From Eledone cirrhosa (taxonomy: Eukaryota): 64,000 nt of DNA. Where the stretch lies: the NCBI GenBank assembly GCA_964016885.1, contig OZ024740.1:365552001-365616000 (forward strand), in the 5' to 3' direction. The notes beneath the pieces were generated by a model. It worked only from the letters and a program-made list of their open reading frames with translations. It did not search any database and had not been told where the DNA came from. Position 1 is the first letter of the stretch, and each line of letters begins with the position of its first letter. The position numbers were made by a program, and so were the translations under genes. This document shows, one piece after another, positions 48,312-63,034 of this stretch.

Positions 48312-48468
48312 GTGTATATGGTATAACATTTTTGAATGTGGTGTTAATTTTGAAATGATATTGGAAAGAGGAATTTGAGGGCAATATTCCTGTGGACTTT
48401 TATATACCTATTTTTTCCAAGTTTCCTAAATATTTTAATTCTATAGACAGAGTGGTCTCGTTTATGAA

Positions 48469-48542
48469 GCCTTCATAGCTCAGTGGTTTAGAGCACTGAT
48501 TTCGTAAACCAGGAGTCGTGAGTTCGGCTCACATTGCAGGCA
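48469..48542 (+). pseudogene. tRNA-Thr(CGT) pseudogene
   Basis: anticodon-stem and T-arm mismatches. Confidence 0.7.
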
Positions 48543-49524
48543 ATATGTATGGTGTAACATTTTTAAACGTGGTGGTAATTTTGAGATCTTATTCGAGGGC
48601 AAATATTCTGTTGTCTTTTAGATAATAGTTGATAAATAGTACGACTCCTGACAGTATATGTATTTTTTTTAATTCTCGTACGTATTTTATTGGTTTCTTT
48701 TTGGAAACCGCTAAGTTCCGGCTCATAAACACAGGTCAAACCCAAATGTAAACACAGACAAGAAGACATACACACATATTTATAAATATAGATAGGCTTC
48801 TACAGTTTACGACAAACTAATTCTACTCACAAAGCATTGGTCAAGCCAAGGCCATAGGTGTGATGCTGTTAGATTGAACCGAACCCATAACGTCCTTGTT
48901 GCGAAACGAACCCTTGACCACACAGCCGTGATATGCATTTCAGTGTTTGTGTGTGTTGGTGCTTTCGTACATGTGTGTCAGTGTCTGTGTAAACATACAT
49001 TGGCTTAAGAAACATTCTGAAAGTTAGAATTTCAAATGTAGACATCCTAACAGAGAGGTGACCATAACCATAGTCGACCACTATAAATAATAGTTGAGAA
49101 AATCAGGTAAAGTACCCCTAGGGATGGAAACAAGAGGATAGAGTCATCAAGTGATCTTTCTACTGTAATTACTTTAATTCCTTACATCCAACTGGAGTTA
49201 GGGCCTTCAAGGAAAATATTGCTTAGTGATACAAGACCCCTTTGGAGCACAAAGCAAGCAAAGATTTTTCTCAAAATGGATTGCATAGGTGGCGTGAGAC
49301 CTTCTTAGCTCTTGGGTCTCGGAAAAAACGTACCGGCTGGACGCCTTCCCCCATAGACCCTAACTGGAGTATCAGACAATATTTCTCCAGTTACTTCTCT
49401 CACCTCTAACTATTCAGACACTGATATAATATACTGCCATCTGGCTCATATTTTCTCTGAAACAATTTCGTTTATGTTTCTCTTTTTATTTTAATTCTAT
49501 AGACAGAGAGGTCTCATTTATGAA

Positions 49525-49598
49525 GCCTTCATAGCTCAGTGGTTTAGAGCTCTGGTTTCGTAACCCGGGAGTTGTGAGTTCGAATCTCTCTGCAGGCA
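49525..49598 (+). tRNA. tRNA-Thr(CGT) variant B (multiple stem mismatches; probable pseudogene)
   Basis: ..GAGCTCTGGTTTCGTAACCCGGGAGTTGTGAGTTCGAATCTCTCTGCAGGCA. Confidence 0.6.
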
Positions 49599-49792
49599 AT
49601 ATGTATGGTGTGACATTTTTAAACTTGATGGTAATTTGAGATCTTATTCGAAATAGGAATTCGAGGGCAAATATCCTGTTGTCTTTTAGATAATAGTACG
49701 ACTCCTGACAGTATATGTATTTTTTAAATTCTCGTACGTATTTTATTGGTTTCTTTTTGTGAAACCGCTAAGTTCCTTACAACACAACCATA

Positions 49793-49857
<65 letters not shown>

Positions 49858-49859
49858 CA

Positions 49860-49906
<47 letters not shown>

Positions 49907-50252
49907 GTCCGTCGACTTATTAAAAATTTAAAAGTTAAAAATTTAAACGTAGACATTAATAGAGAGGTGACCATAACACTAGTAAACCACTGTAAATAAT
50001 AGTTGAGAAAATCAGGTAAAGTACCCCTAGTGATGGAGTCAAGAGGATAGAGTCATCAAGTGATCTTTCTACTGTAATTACTTTAATTCCTTACATCCAA
50101 CAGGAATATCTAACCACAATCTTTCTCCAGTTACTTCTCTCACCTCTAACTATCCAGGCACTGATATAATATACTGCCATCTGGCTCATAGCTTCTCTCA
50201 AACTATTTCATTTATGTTTTAATTTTATAGACAGAATGAACTGATATATGAA

Positions 50253-50326
50253 GCCTTCATAGCTCAGTGGTTTAGAGCACTGGTTTCGTAAACCAGGAGT
50301 CGTGAGTTCGAATCTCACTGGAGGCA
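50253..50326 (+). tRNA. tRNA-Thr(CGT)
   Basis: intact cloverleaf, A/B boxes, TTTTT terminator. Confidence 0.9.
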
Positions 50327-51337
50327 GTATGTATCATATATTTATAACATTTTTGAACGTGGTCGTGATTTTGAAATGATATTTGAAATAGGAATTCAAG
50401 GGAAAATATCCTGTTATCCATTATATGAGAAATATTACTACTCCTGATGGTATATATATATATTTTCAAGTCTCGTACATATCCTATCGGTTTCTTTTTG
50501 TCAAACCGCTAAGTTCCGGCTCATAAACACAGATTTAAACACAGATGTAAACAGACACGAAGACATACACACGTATTTATAAATATAAGATGAGCTTCTG
50601 CAGTTTCATCTAACAAAATTCCACTAACAAAGCATTGGTCAACACAAAGACGTAGGTGCCGTGCTGGTCGATTGAACTGAACCTATGACAGCGTGGTTGC
50701 GAAACGAACTCATGACCACACGGCCGCGACATGCATTTCTGTGTTTGTGTGCCGATGCATTCGTATAATATGTGTGTGTGTGGGGGGGGGGGGGCTCAGT
50801 TTGTGTGTGTGTAAACGTCCTTGACTTAAGAAACATTCAGAAAGTTAGAAATTTCAAATGTAGACATCCTAACGGAGAAGTGACCATAACAATAGTCGAC
50901 CACTATAAATAATAGTTGAGAAAATCAGGTAAAGTACCCCTAGTGATAGAAACAAGAGGAGAGAGTCGTCAAATGATCTTTCTACTGTAATTACTTTAGT
51001 TCCTTACATCCAACTGGAGTTAGGGCCTTCAAGAGAAATATTGCAAGGTACAAGACCCCTTTGGGGCACGAAGCAAGCAAATACTTTTCTCAAAATGGAT
51101 TGCATGGTTGCTGTGAGGCCTTCTTAGCTCTTGGGTCCCGGAATAAGTTGCGGTCAGCGCCCACCACCCCCTCTTAGGCGCCGACAAGAGTATCTAACAA
51201 CGATCTATCTCCAGTTACTTCTCTCACCTCTAACTGATATAATATATTGCCATCTGGCTGATAGCTCCTCTCAGACTATTTCTTTTATGTTTCTCTTTTT
51301 ATTTTAATTCTATAGACAGAGCGGTCTCATATATGAA

Positions 51338-51411
51338 GCCTTCATAGCTCAGTGGTTTAGAGCACTGGTTTCGTAAACCAGGAGTCGTGAGTTCGAATCT
51401 CACTGGAGGCA
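51338..51411 (+). tRNA. tRNA-Thr(CGT)
   Basis: intact cloverleaf. Confidence 0.9.
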
Positions 51412-52474
51412 GTGTGTATGGTATAACTTTTTGCAACGTGGTGTTAATTTTGAAATGATATTGGAAAGAGGAATTTTGAGGGCAATATTCCTGTGGAATT
51501 TTATATACCTATTTTCTTCAAGTTTCCTAAATATTTTATCGGGTTCTTTCTGTCAAACCACGAAGTTCTTAGTGATAAACACAGATTCAAATACGAAGAT
51601 AATCAAACATATTTATAAATATACGACAGATTGAACCAAACCCATGGCATCGTGGTTGAGAAATGAACTCCTTGGTTACTTCGCTGACGGAAAATATATT
51701 TATAAATATTCGACGGGCTTCTGCAGTTTCCGAGAAACAAATTCCACTCACACAGCATTGGTCACCCCAAGGACATAGGTACCCTGCTGTTAGATTGAAT
51801 CAAACCCATGACATCGTGGTTGAGATGCGAACTCCTTACAACACAACCATAATATGTATCTGATTGTTTGTGTATGTGTGTGTGTGTGGGGGGGGGGGGG
51901 TTTGTGCCTGTGCATTCGCACATGCACGTTGTGTCTGTCTGTGTGTAAAAGTCCGTTGCCTTAAGAAACATTCAGAAAGTTAGAAATTTCAAACGTAGAC
52001 ATTAACAGAGAGGTGACCATTATAAATAATAGTAAACCACTGTAAATAACAGTTGAGAAAATCAGGTAAAGTACCCCTAGGGATGGAAACAAGAGGATAG
52101 AGTCATCAAGTGATCTTTCTACTGTAATTACTTTAATTCCTTACATCCAACTGGAGTTAGGGCCTTCAAGGAAAATATTGCTTAGTGATACAAGACCCCT
52201 TTGAGGCACAAAGCAAGCAAAGATTTTTCTCAAAATGGATTGCATGAGGCCTTCTTAACTCTTGGGTCTCGGAAAAAACGTACTGGCTGGACGCCTTCCC
52301 CCATAGACCCTAACTGGAGTACCAGACAATCTTTCTTCTGTTACTTCTCTCACCTCTCACTATTCAGACACTGATATAATATACTGCCATCTGGCTCATA
52401 TTTTCTCTGAAACAATTTCGTTTATGTTTCTCTTTTTATTTTAATTCTATAGACAGAGAGGTCTCATTTATGAA

Positions 52475-52548
52475 GCCTTCATAGCTCAGTGGTTTAGAGC
52501 TCTGGTTTCGTAACCCGGGAGTTGTGAGTTCGAATCTCTCTGCAGGCA
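52475..52548 (+). tRNA. tRNA-Thr(CGT) variant B
   Basis: same as 49525 copy. Confidence 0.6.
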
Positions 52549-52742
52549 ATATGTATGGTGTGACATTTTTAAACTTGATGGTAATTTGAGATCTTATTCG
52601 AAATAGGAATTCGAGGGCAAATATCCTGTTGTCTTTTAGATAATAGTACGACTCCTGACAGTATATGTATTTTTTAAATTCTCGTACGTATTTTATTGGT
52701 TTCTTTTTGTGAAACCGCTAAGTTCCTTACAACACAACCATA

Positions 52743-52809
<67 letters not shown>

Positions 52810-52811
52810 CA

Positions 52812-52858
<47 letters not shown>

Positions 52859-53204
52859 GTCCGTCGACTTATTAAAAATTTAAAAGTTAAAAATTTAAAC
52901 GTAGACATTAATAGAGAGGTGACCATAACACTAGTAAACCACTGTAAATAATAGTTGAGAAAATCAGGTAAAGTACCCCTAGTGATGGAGTCAAGAGGAT
53001 AGAGTCATCAAGTGATCTTTCTACTGTAATTACTTTAATTCCTTACATCCAACAGGAATATCTAACCACAATCTTTCTCCAGTTACTTCTCTCACCTCTA
53101 ACTATCCAGGCACTGATATAATATACTGCCATCTGGCTCATAGCTTCTCTCAAACTATTTCATTTATGTTTTAATTTTATAGACAGAATGAACTGATATA
53201 TGAA

Positions 53205-53278
53205 GCCTTCATAGCTCAGTGGTTTAGAGCACTGGTTTCGTAAACCAGGAGTCGTGAGTTCGAATCTCACTGGAGGCA
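53205..53278 (+). tRNA. tRNA-Thr(CGT)
   Basis: intact cloverleaf. Confidence 0.9.
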
Positions 53279-54284
53279 GTATGTATCATATATTTATAAC
53301 ATTTTTGAACGTGGTCGTGATTTTGAAATGATATTTGAAATAGGAATTCAAGGGAAAATATCCTGTTATCCATTATATGAGAAATATTACTACTCCTGAT
53401 GGTATATATATATATTTTCAAGTCTCGTACATATCCTATCGGTTTCTTTTTGTCAAACCGCTAAGTTCCGGCTCATAAACACAGATTTAAACACAGATGT
53501 AAACAGACACGAAGACATACACACGTATTTATAAATATAAGATGAGCTTCTGCAGTTTCATCTAACAAAATTCCACTAACAAAGCATTGGTCAACACAAA
53601 GACGTAGGTGCCGTGCTGGTCGATTGAACTGAACCTATGACAGCGTGGTTGCGAAACGAACTCATGACCACACGGCCGCGACATGCATTTCTGTGTTTGT
53701 GTGCCGATGCATTCGTATAATATGTGTGTGTGGGGGGGGGGCTCAGTTTGTGTGTGTGTAAACGTCCTTGACTTAAGAAACATTCAGAAAGTTAGAAATT
53801 TCAAATGTAGACATCCTAACGGAGAAGTGACCATAACAATAGTCGACCACTATAAATAATAGTTGAGAAAATCAGGTAAAGTACCCCTAGTGATAGAAAC
53901 AAGAGGAGAGAGTCGTCAAATGATCTTTCTACTGTAATTACTTTAGTTCCTTACATCCAACTGGAGTTAGGGCCTTCAAGAGAAATATTGCAAGGTACAA
54001 GACCCCTTTGGGGCACGAAGCAAGCAAATACTTTTCTCAAAATGGATTGCATGGTTGCTGTGAGGCCTTCTTAGCTCTTGGGTCCCGGAATAAGTTGCGG
54101 TCAGCGCCCACCACCCCCTCTTAGGCGCCGACAAGAGTATCTAACAACGATCTATCTCCAGTTACTTCTCTCACCTCTAACTGATATAATATATTGCCAT
54201 CTGGCTGATAGCTCCTCTCAGACTATTTCTTTTATGTTTCTCTTTTTATTTTAATTCTATAGACAGAGCGGTCTCATATATGAA

Positions 54285-54358
54285 GCCTTCATAGCTCAGT
54301 GGTTTAGAGCACTGGTTTCGTAAACCAGGAGTCGTGAGTTCGAATCTCACTGGAGGCA
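54285..54358 (+). tRNA. tRNA-Thr(CGT)
   Basis: intact cloverleaf. Confidence 0.9.
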
Positions 54359-55419
54359 GTGTGTATGGTATAACTTTTTGCAACGTGGTGTTAATTTTGA
54401 AATGATATTGGAAAGAGGAATTTTGAGGGCAATATTCCTGTGGAATTTTATATACCTATTTTCTTCAAGTTTCCTAAATATTTTATCGGGTTCTTTCTGT
54501 CAAACCACGAAGTTCTTAGTGATAAACACAGATTCAAATACGAAGATAATCAAACATATTTATAAATATACGACAGATTGAACCAAACCCATGGCATCGT
54601 GGTTGAGAAATGAACTCCTTGGTTACTTCGCTGACGGAAAATATATTTATAAATATTCGACGGGCTTCTGCAGTTTCCGAGAAACAAATTCCACTCACAC
54701 AGCATTGGTCACCCCAAGGACATAGGTACCCTGCTGTTAGATTGAATCAAACCCATGACATCGTGGTTGAGATGCGAACTCCTTACAACACAACCATAAT
54801 ATGTATCTGATTGTTTGTGTATGTGTGTGTGTGTGGGGGGGGGTGTTTGTGCCTGTGCATTCGCACATGCACGTTGTGTCTGTCTGTGTGTAAAAGTCCG
54901 TTGCCTTAAGAAACATTCAGAAAGTTAGAAATTTCAAACGTAGACATTAACAGAGAGGTGACCATTATAAATAATAGTAAACCACTGTAAATAACAGTTG
55001 AGAAAATCAGGTAAAGTACCCCTAGGGATGGAAACAAGAGGATAGAGTCATCAAGTGATCTTTCTACTGTAATTACTTTAATTCCTTACATCCAACTGGA
55101 GTTAGGGCCTTCAAGGAAAATATTGCTTAGTGATACAAGACCCCTTTGAGGCACAAAGCAAGCAAAGATTTTTCTCAAAATGGATTGCATGAGGCCTTCT
55201 TAACTCTTGGGTCTCGGAAAAAACGTACTGGCTGGACGCCTTCCCCCATAGACCCTAACTGGAGTACCAGACAATCTTTCTTCTGTTACTTCTCTCACCT
55301 CTCACTATTCAGACACTGATATAATATACTGCCATCTGGCTCATATTTTCTCTGAAACAATTTCGTTTATGTTTCTCTTTTTATTTTAATTCTATAGACA
55401 GAGAGGTCTCATTTATGAA

Positions 55420-55493
55420 GCCTTCATAGCTCAGTGGTTTAGAGCTCTGGTTTCGTAACCCGGGAGTTGTGAGTTCGAATCTCTCTGCAGGCA
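55420..55493 (+). tRNA. tRNA-Thr(CGT) variant B
   Basis: same as 49525 copy. Confidence 0.6.
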
Positions 55494-55687
55494 ATATGTA
55501 TGGTGTGACATTTTTAAACTTGATGGTAATTTGAGATCTTATTCGAAATAGGAATTCGAGGGCAAATATCCTGTTGTCTTTTAGATAATAGTACGACTCC
55601 TGACAGTATATGTATTTTTTAAATTCTCGTACGTATTTTATTGGTTTCTTTTTGTGAAACCGCTAAGTTCCTTACAACACAACCATA

Positions 55688-55754
<67 letters not shown>

Positions 55755-55756
55755 CA

Positions 55757-55803
<47 letters not shown>

Positions 55804-56149
55804 GTCCGTCGACTTATTAAAAATTTAAAAGTTAAAAATTTAAACGTAGACATTAATAGAGAGGTGACCATAACACTAGTAAACCACTGTAAATAATAGT
55901 TGAGAAAATCAGGTAAAGTACCCCTAGTGATGGAGTCAAGAGGATAGAGTCATCAAGTGATCTTTCTACTGTAATTACTTTAATTCCTTACATCCAACAG
56001 GAATATCTAACCACAATCTTTCTCCAGTTACTTCTCTCACCTCTAACTATCCAGGCACTGATATAATATACTGCCATCTGGCTCATAGCTTCTCTCAAAC
56101 TATTTCATTTATGTTTTAATTTTATAGACAGAATGAACTGATATATGAA

Positions 56150-56223
56150 GCCTTCATAGCTCAGTGGTTTAGAGCACTGGTTTCGTAAACCAGGAGTCGT
56201 GAGTTCGAATCTCACTGGAGGCA
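56150..56223 (+). tRNA. tRNA-Thr(CGT)
   Basis: intact cloverleaf. Confidence 0.9.
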
Positions 56224-57231
56224 GTATGTATCATATATTTATAACATTTTTGAACGTGGTCGTGATTTTGAAATGATATTCGAAATAGGAATTCAAGGGA
56301 AAATATCCTGTTATCCATTATATGAGAAATATTACTACTCCTGATGGTATATATATATATTTTCAAGTCTCGTACATATCCTATCGGTTTCTTTTTGTCA
56401 AACCGCTAAGTTCCGGCTCATAAACACAGATTTAAACACAGATGTAAACAGACACGAAGACATACACACGTATTTATAAATATAAGATGAGCTTCTGCAG
56501 TTTCATCTAACAAAATTCCACTAACAAAGCATTGGTCAACACAAAGACGTAGGTGCCGTGCTGGTCGATTGAACTGAACCTATGACAGCGTGGTTGCGAA
56601 ACGAACTCATGACCACACGGCCGCGACATGCATTTCTGTGTTTGTGTGCCGATGCATTCGTATAATATGTGTGTGTGGGGGGGGGGGGCTCAGTTTGTGT
56701 GTGTGTAAACGTCCTTGACTTAAGAAACATTCAGAAAGTTAGAAATTTCAAATGTAGACATCCTAACAGAGAAGTGACCATAACAATAGTCGACCACTAT
56801 AAATAATAGTTGAGAAAATCAGGTAAAGTACCCCTAGTGATAGAAACAAGAGGAGAGAGTCGTCAAATGATCTTTCTACTGTAATTACTTTAGTTCCTTA
56901 CATCCAACTGGAGTTAGGGCCTTCAAGAGAAATATTGCAAGGTACAAGACCCCTTTGGGGCACGAAGCAAGCAAATACTTTTCTCAAAATGGATTGCATG
57001 GTTGCTGTGAGGCCTTCTTAGCTCTTGGGTCCCGGAATAAGTTGCGGTCAGCGCCCACCACCCCCTCTTAGGCGCCGACAAGAGTATCTAACAACGATCT
57101 ATCTCCAGTTACTTCTCTCACCTCTAACTGATATAATATATTGCCATCTGGCTGATAGCTCCTCTCAAACTATTTCTTTTATGTTTCTCTTTTTATTTTA
57201 ATTCTATAGACAGAGCGGTCTCATATATGAA

Positions 57232-57297
57232 CCCTTCATAGCTCAGTGGTTTAGAGCACTGGTTTCGTAAACCAGGAGTCGTGAGTTCGAATCTCAC
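57232..57297 (+). pseudogene. tRNA-Thr(CGT) pseudogene, 3' acceptor strand deleted
   Basis: G1>C; ctcac joined directly to tttttgcaacg. Confidence 0.8.
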
Positions 57298-58342
57298 TTT
57301 TTGCAACGTGGTGTTAATTTTGAAATGATATTGGAAAGAGGAATTTTGAGGGCAATATTCCTGTGGAATTTTATATACCTATTTTCTTCAAGTTTCCTAA
57401 ATATTTTATCGGGTTCTTTCTGTCAAACCACGAAGTTCTTAGTGATAAACACAGATTCAAATACGAAGATAATCAAACATATTTATAAATATACGACAGA
57501 TTGAACCAAACCCATGGCATCGTGGTTGAGAAATGAACTCCTTGGTTACTTCGCTGACGGAAAATATATTTATAAATATTCGACGGGCTTCTGCAGTTTC
57601 CGAGAAACAAATTCCACTCACACAGCATTGGTCACCCCAAGGACATAGGTACCCTGCTGTTAGATTGAATCAAACCCATGACATCGTGGTTGAGATGCGA
57701 ACTCCTTACAACACAACCATAATATGTATCTGATTGTTTGTGTATGTGTGTGTGTGTGGGGGGGGGTGTTTGTGCCTGTGCATTCGCACATGCACGTTGT
57801 GTCTGTCTGTGTGTAAAAGTCCGTTGCCTTAAGAAACATTCAGAAAGTTAGAAATTTCAAACGTAGACATTAACAGAGAGGTGACCACTATAAATAATAG
57901 TAAACCACTGTAAATAACAGTTGAGAAAATCAGGTAAAGTACCCCTAGGGATGGAAACAAGAGGATAGAGTCATCAAGTGATCTTTCTACTGTAATTACT
58001 TTAATTCCTTACATCCAACTGGAGTTAGGGCCTTCAAGGAAAATATTGCTTAGTGATACAAGACCCCTTTGAGGCACAAAGCAAGCAAAGATTTTTCTCA
58101 AAATGGATTGCATGAGGCCTTCTTAGCTCTTGGGTCTCGGAAAAAACGTACTGGCTGGACGCCTTCCCCCATAGACCCTAACTGGAGTACCAGACAATCT
58201 TTCTTCTGTTACTTCTCTCACCTCTCACTATTCAGACACTGATATAATATACTGCCATCTGGCTCATATTTTCTCTGAAACAATTTCGTTTATGTTTCTC
58301 TTTCTATTTTAATTCTATAGACAGAGTGGTCTCATTTATGAA

Positions 58343-58416
58343 GCCTTCATAGCTCAGTGGTTTAGAGCACTGGTTTCGTAAACCAGGAGTCGTGAGTTCG
58401 ACTCTCATTGCAGGCA
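58343..58416 (+). tRNA. tRNA-Thr(CGT) variant with one acceptor mismatch
   Basis: ..GTGAGTTCGACTCTCATTGCAGGCA. Confidence 0.7.
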
Positions 58417-58761
58417 ATATGGATGGTGTAACATTTTTAAACGTGGTGGTAATTTTGAGATCTTATTCGAGGGCAAATATTCTGTTGTCCTTTAGATAAT
58501 AGTTGATAAATAGTACGACTCCTGACAGTATATGTATTTTTTTAATTCTCGTACGTATTTTATTGGTTTCTTTTTGGAAACCGCTAAGTTCCGGCTCATA
58601 AACACAGGTCAAACCCAAATGTAAACACAGACAAGAAGACATACACACATATTTATAAATATAGATAGGCTTCTACAGTTTACGACAAACCAATTCTACT
58701 CACAAAGCATTGGTTTCTCTTTTTATTTTAATTCTATAGACAGAGAGGTCTCATTTATGAA

Positions 58762-58828
58762 GCCTTCATAGCTCAGTGGTTTAGAGCTCTGGTTTCGTAA
58801 CCCGGGAGTTCGAATCTCTCTGCAGGCA
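58762..58828 (+). pseudogene. tRNA-Thr(CGT) variant B with 7-nt deletion
   Basis: GGGAGTTCGAATC (part of variable loop/T-stem lost). Confidence 0.8.
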
Positions 58829-59022
58829 ATATGTATGGTGTGACATTTTTAAACTTGATGGTAATTTGAGATCTTATTCGAAATAGGAATTCGAGAGCAA
58901 ATATCCTGTTGTCTTTTAGATAATAGTACGACTCCTGACAGTATATGTATTTTTTAAATTCTCGTACGTATGTTATTGCTTTCTTTTTGTGAAACCGCTA
59001 AGTTCCTTACAACACAACCATA

Positions 59023-59104
<82 letters not shown>

Positions 59105-59483
59105 GCGCGTGTGTGTGTCTGTGTGTGTGTGTAAAAGTCCGTTGACTTGAGAAACATTCCGAAAGTAAAAAATTTAAACGTAAACATTAACATAGAGGTG
59201 ACCATAACACTAGTAAACCACTGTAAATAATAGTTGAGAAAATCAGGTAAAGTACCCCTAGTGATGGAAACAAGAGGATAGAGTCATCAAGTGATCTTTC
59301 TACTGTAATTACTTTAGTTCCTTACATCCAACAGGAATATCTAACCACAATCTTTCTCCAGTTACTTCTCTCACCTCTAACTATCCAGGCACTGATATAA
59401 TATACTGCCATCTGGCTCATAGCTTCTCTCAAACTATTTCATTTATGTTTTAATTTTATAGACAGAATGAACTGATATATGAA

Positions 59484-59557
59484 GCCTTCATAGCTCAGTG
59501 GTTTAGAGCACTGGTTTCGTAAACCAGGAGTCGTGAGTTCGAATCTCACTGGAGGCA
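59484..59557 (+). tRNA. tRNA-Thr(CGT)
   Basis: intact cloverleaf. Confidence 0.9.
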
Positions 59558-60565
59558 GTATGTATCATATATTTATAACATTTTTGAACGTGGTCGTGAT
59601 TTTGAAATGATATTCGAAATAGGAATTCAAGGGAAAATATCCTGTTATCCATTATATGAGAAATATTACTACTCCTGATGGTATATATATATATTTTCAA
59701 GTCTCGTACATATCCTATCGGTTTCTTTTTGTCAAACCGCTAAGTTCCGGCTCATAAACACAGATTTAAACACAGATGTAAACAGACACGAAGACATACA
59801 CACGTATTTATAAATATAAGATGAGCTTCTGCAGTTTCATCTAACAAAATTCCACTAACAAAGCATTGGTCAACACAAAGACGTAGGTGCCGTGCTGGTC
59901 GATTGAACTGAACCTATGACAGCGTGGTTGCGAAACGAACTCATGACCACACGGCCGCGACATGCATTTCTGTGTTTGTGTGCCGATGCATTCGTATAAT
60001 ATGTGTGTGTGGGGGGGGGGGGCTCAGTTTGTGTGTGTGTAAACGTCCTTGACTTAAGAAACATTCAGAAAGTTAGAAATTTCAAATGTAGACATCCTAA
60101 CAGAGAAGTGACCATAACAATAGTCGACCACTATAAATAATAGTTGAGAAAATCAGGTAAAGTACCCCTAGTGATAGAAACAAGAGGAGAGAGTCGTCAA
60201 ATGATCTTTCTACTGTAATTACTTTAGTTCCTTACATCCAACTGGAGTTAGGGCCTTCAAGAGAAATATTGCAAGGTACAAGACCCCTTTGGGGCACGAA
60301 GCAAGCAAATACTTTTCTCAAAATGGATTGCATGGTTGCTGTGAGGCCTTCTTAGCTCTTGGGTCCCGGAATAAGTTGCGGTCAGCGCCCACCACCCCCT
60401 CTTAGGCGCCGACAAGAGTATCTAACAACGATATATCTCCAGTTACTTCTCTCACCTCTAACTGATATAATATATTGCCATCTGGCTGATAGCTCCTCTC
60501 AAACTATTTCTTTTATGTTTCTCTTTTTATTTTAATTCTATAGACAGAGCGGTCTCATATATGAA

Positions 60566-60639
60566 GCCTTCATAGCTCAGTGGTTTAGAGCACTGGTTTC
60601 GTAAACCAGGAGTCGTGAGTTCGAATCTCACTGGAGGCA
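60566..60639 (+). tRNA. tRNA-Thr(CGT)
   Basis: intact cloverleaf. Confidence 0.9.
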
Positions 60640-61710
60640 GTGTGTATGGTATAACTTTTTGCAACGTGGTGTTAATTTTGAAATGATATTGGAAAGAGGA
60701 ATTTTGAGGGCAATATTCCTGTGGAATTTTATATACCTATTTTTTTCAAGTTTCCTAAATATTTTATCGGATTCTTTCTGTCAAACCACGAAGTTCTTAG
60801 TGATAAACACAGATTCAAATACGAAGATAATCAAACATATTTATAAATATACGACAGATTGAACCAAACCCATGGCATCGTGGTTGAGAAATGAACTCCT
60901 TGGTTACTTCGCTGACGGAAAATATATTTATAAATATTCGACGGGCTTCTGCAGTTTCCGAGAAACAAATTCCACTCACACAGCATTGGTCATCCCAAGG
61001 ACATAGGTACCCTGCTGTTAGATTGAATCAAACCCATGACATCGTGGTTGAGATGCGAACTCCTTACAACACAACCATAATATGTATCTGATTGTTTGTG
61101 TATGTGTGTGTGTGTGGGGGGGGGGTGTTTGTGCGTGTGCATTCGCACATGCACGTTGTGTCTGTCTGTGTGTAAAAGTCCGTTGCCTTAAGAAACATTC
61201 AGAAAGTTAGAAATTTCAAACGTAGACATTAACAGAGAGGTGACCACTATAAATAATAGTAAACCACTGTAAATAACAGTTGAGAAAATCAGGTAAAGTA
61301 CCCCTAGGGATGGAAACAAGAGGATAGAGTCATCAAGTGATTTTTCTACTGTAATTACTTTAATTCCTTACATCCAACTGGAGTTAGGGCCTTCAAGGAA
61401 AATATTGCTTAGTGATACAAGACCCCTTTGAGGCACAAAGCAAGCAAAGATTTTTCTCAAAATGGATTGCATGGGTGTCGTGAGGCCTTCTTAGCTCTTT
61501 GGCCTCGGAAAAAACGTACTGGCTGGACGCCTTCCCCCATAAACCCTAACTGGAGTACCAGACAATATTTCTCCAGTTACTTCTCTCACCTCTCACTATT
61601 CAGACACTGATATAATATACTGCCATCTGGCTCATATTTTCTCTGAAACAATTTCGTTTATGTTTCTCTTTCTATTTTAATTCTATAGACAGAGTGGTCT
61701 CATTTATGAA

Positions 61711-61784
61711 GCCTTCATAGCTCAGTGGTTTAGAGCACTGGTTTCGTAAACCAGGAGTCGTGAGTTCGAATCTCACTGGAGGCA
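61711..61784 (+). tRNA. tRNA-Thr(CGT)
   Basis: intact cloverleaf. Confidence 0.9.
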
Positions 61785-63034
61785 ATATGTATGGTATAAC
61801 ATTTTTGAGCGTGATTTTAATTTTGAAATGATATTCGAACGAGATATTTGAGGGCAAATATCCTGTGATCTTTTATATAATTATTGAGAACTTGTACGAC
61901 TCCTGACGGTGTTAATTTTTTTCTAGTTTCCTACATATTTTATCTGTGTATTTCTGTTAAACCACGAAGTTCTTCGTGATAAACACAGATTCAAACACGA
62001 AGATAATCATACATATTTATAAATATACGACAGGCTTCTGAAGTTTCCCTCTAACCAATTCCACCCACAAAGCATTGATCAACCCAAGGGCATAGGTGCC
62101 ATGCTGTCAGATTGAACCGACCCCATGACATGGTGGTTGAGAAGTGAACTCCTTACCACACAGCCATAATATGCATGTGATTGTTTGTGTGTATGTTTGT
62201 GCGTGTGCTTTCATACATGTGTGTGTGTGTGTGTGTGTGTAAAAAAAGTTAGACTTCAGAGAGGTGACCATAACACCAGTCGACCACTATAAATAACTAG
62301 CAGAAAAACAACCCTTCGGGTGGATTTCTGCTTACATGTGTAGTGTGCATATTGATATTATACGCAAGTATATATATGCATGTAGATATGATACATCAAA
62401 TAAAATCGTAATTAACAATATACACAGAAATTGAACGAAGACTGCGTTACACTCTCTTATGTAATCAGTAACGTATTCCATGATACATTAAAAAAAGACG
62501 ATATTATATATAAACTGCATTAGGAGAAAATTAGTGACGGAAATATATGAATATTTATTTAAGCGATCGCTAACCGGAAGTGTTGACATTTGAAAATTTT
62601 AAAGAAGTGAATCTTTGAATAAGTAATAAAATATATTTAATCAAAAGCTACGAAATTTAGCAGATAAATTATGTAATATTTATTCATTATTTATTCAAAG
62701 TAATCCAACTTATTTTACAAACGGGATAAACAATTATATTCTGGATGCAGTCCCGCACTCCTTTCTTTATATAGTTAAGGTAGTTGTGAAAATCAGGTAA
62801 AGTACCCCTAGTGATGGACAAGAGGATAGAGTGATCAAGTGATCTTTCTACTTACATCCAACTGGAATATCTAACAACAATCTTTCTCCAGTTACTTCTC
62901 TCACCTCTAACTATTCAGACACTGATATAATATACTGCCATCTGGCTCATATTTTCTTTCAAACTAATATATTTCAGTTGTGTTTCTTTTTCTTTCTATT
63001 TTAATTTTATAGAAAGCCGTGACTGATTTATGAA

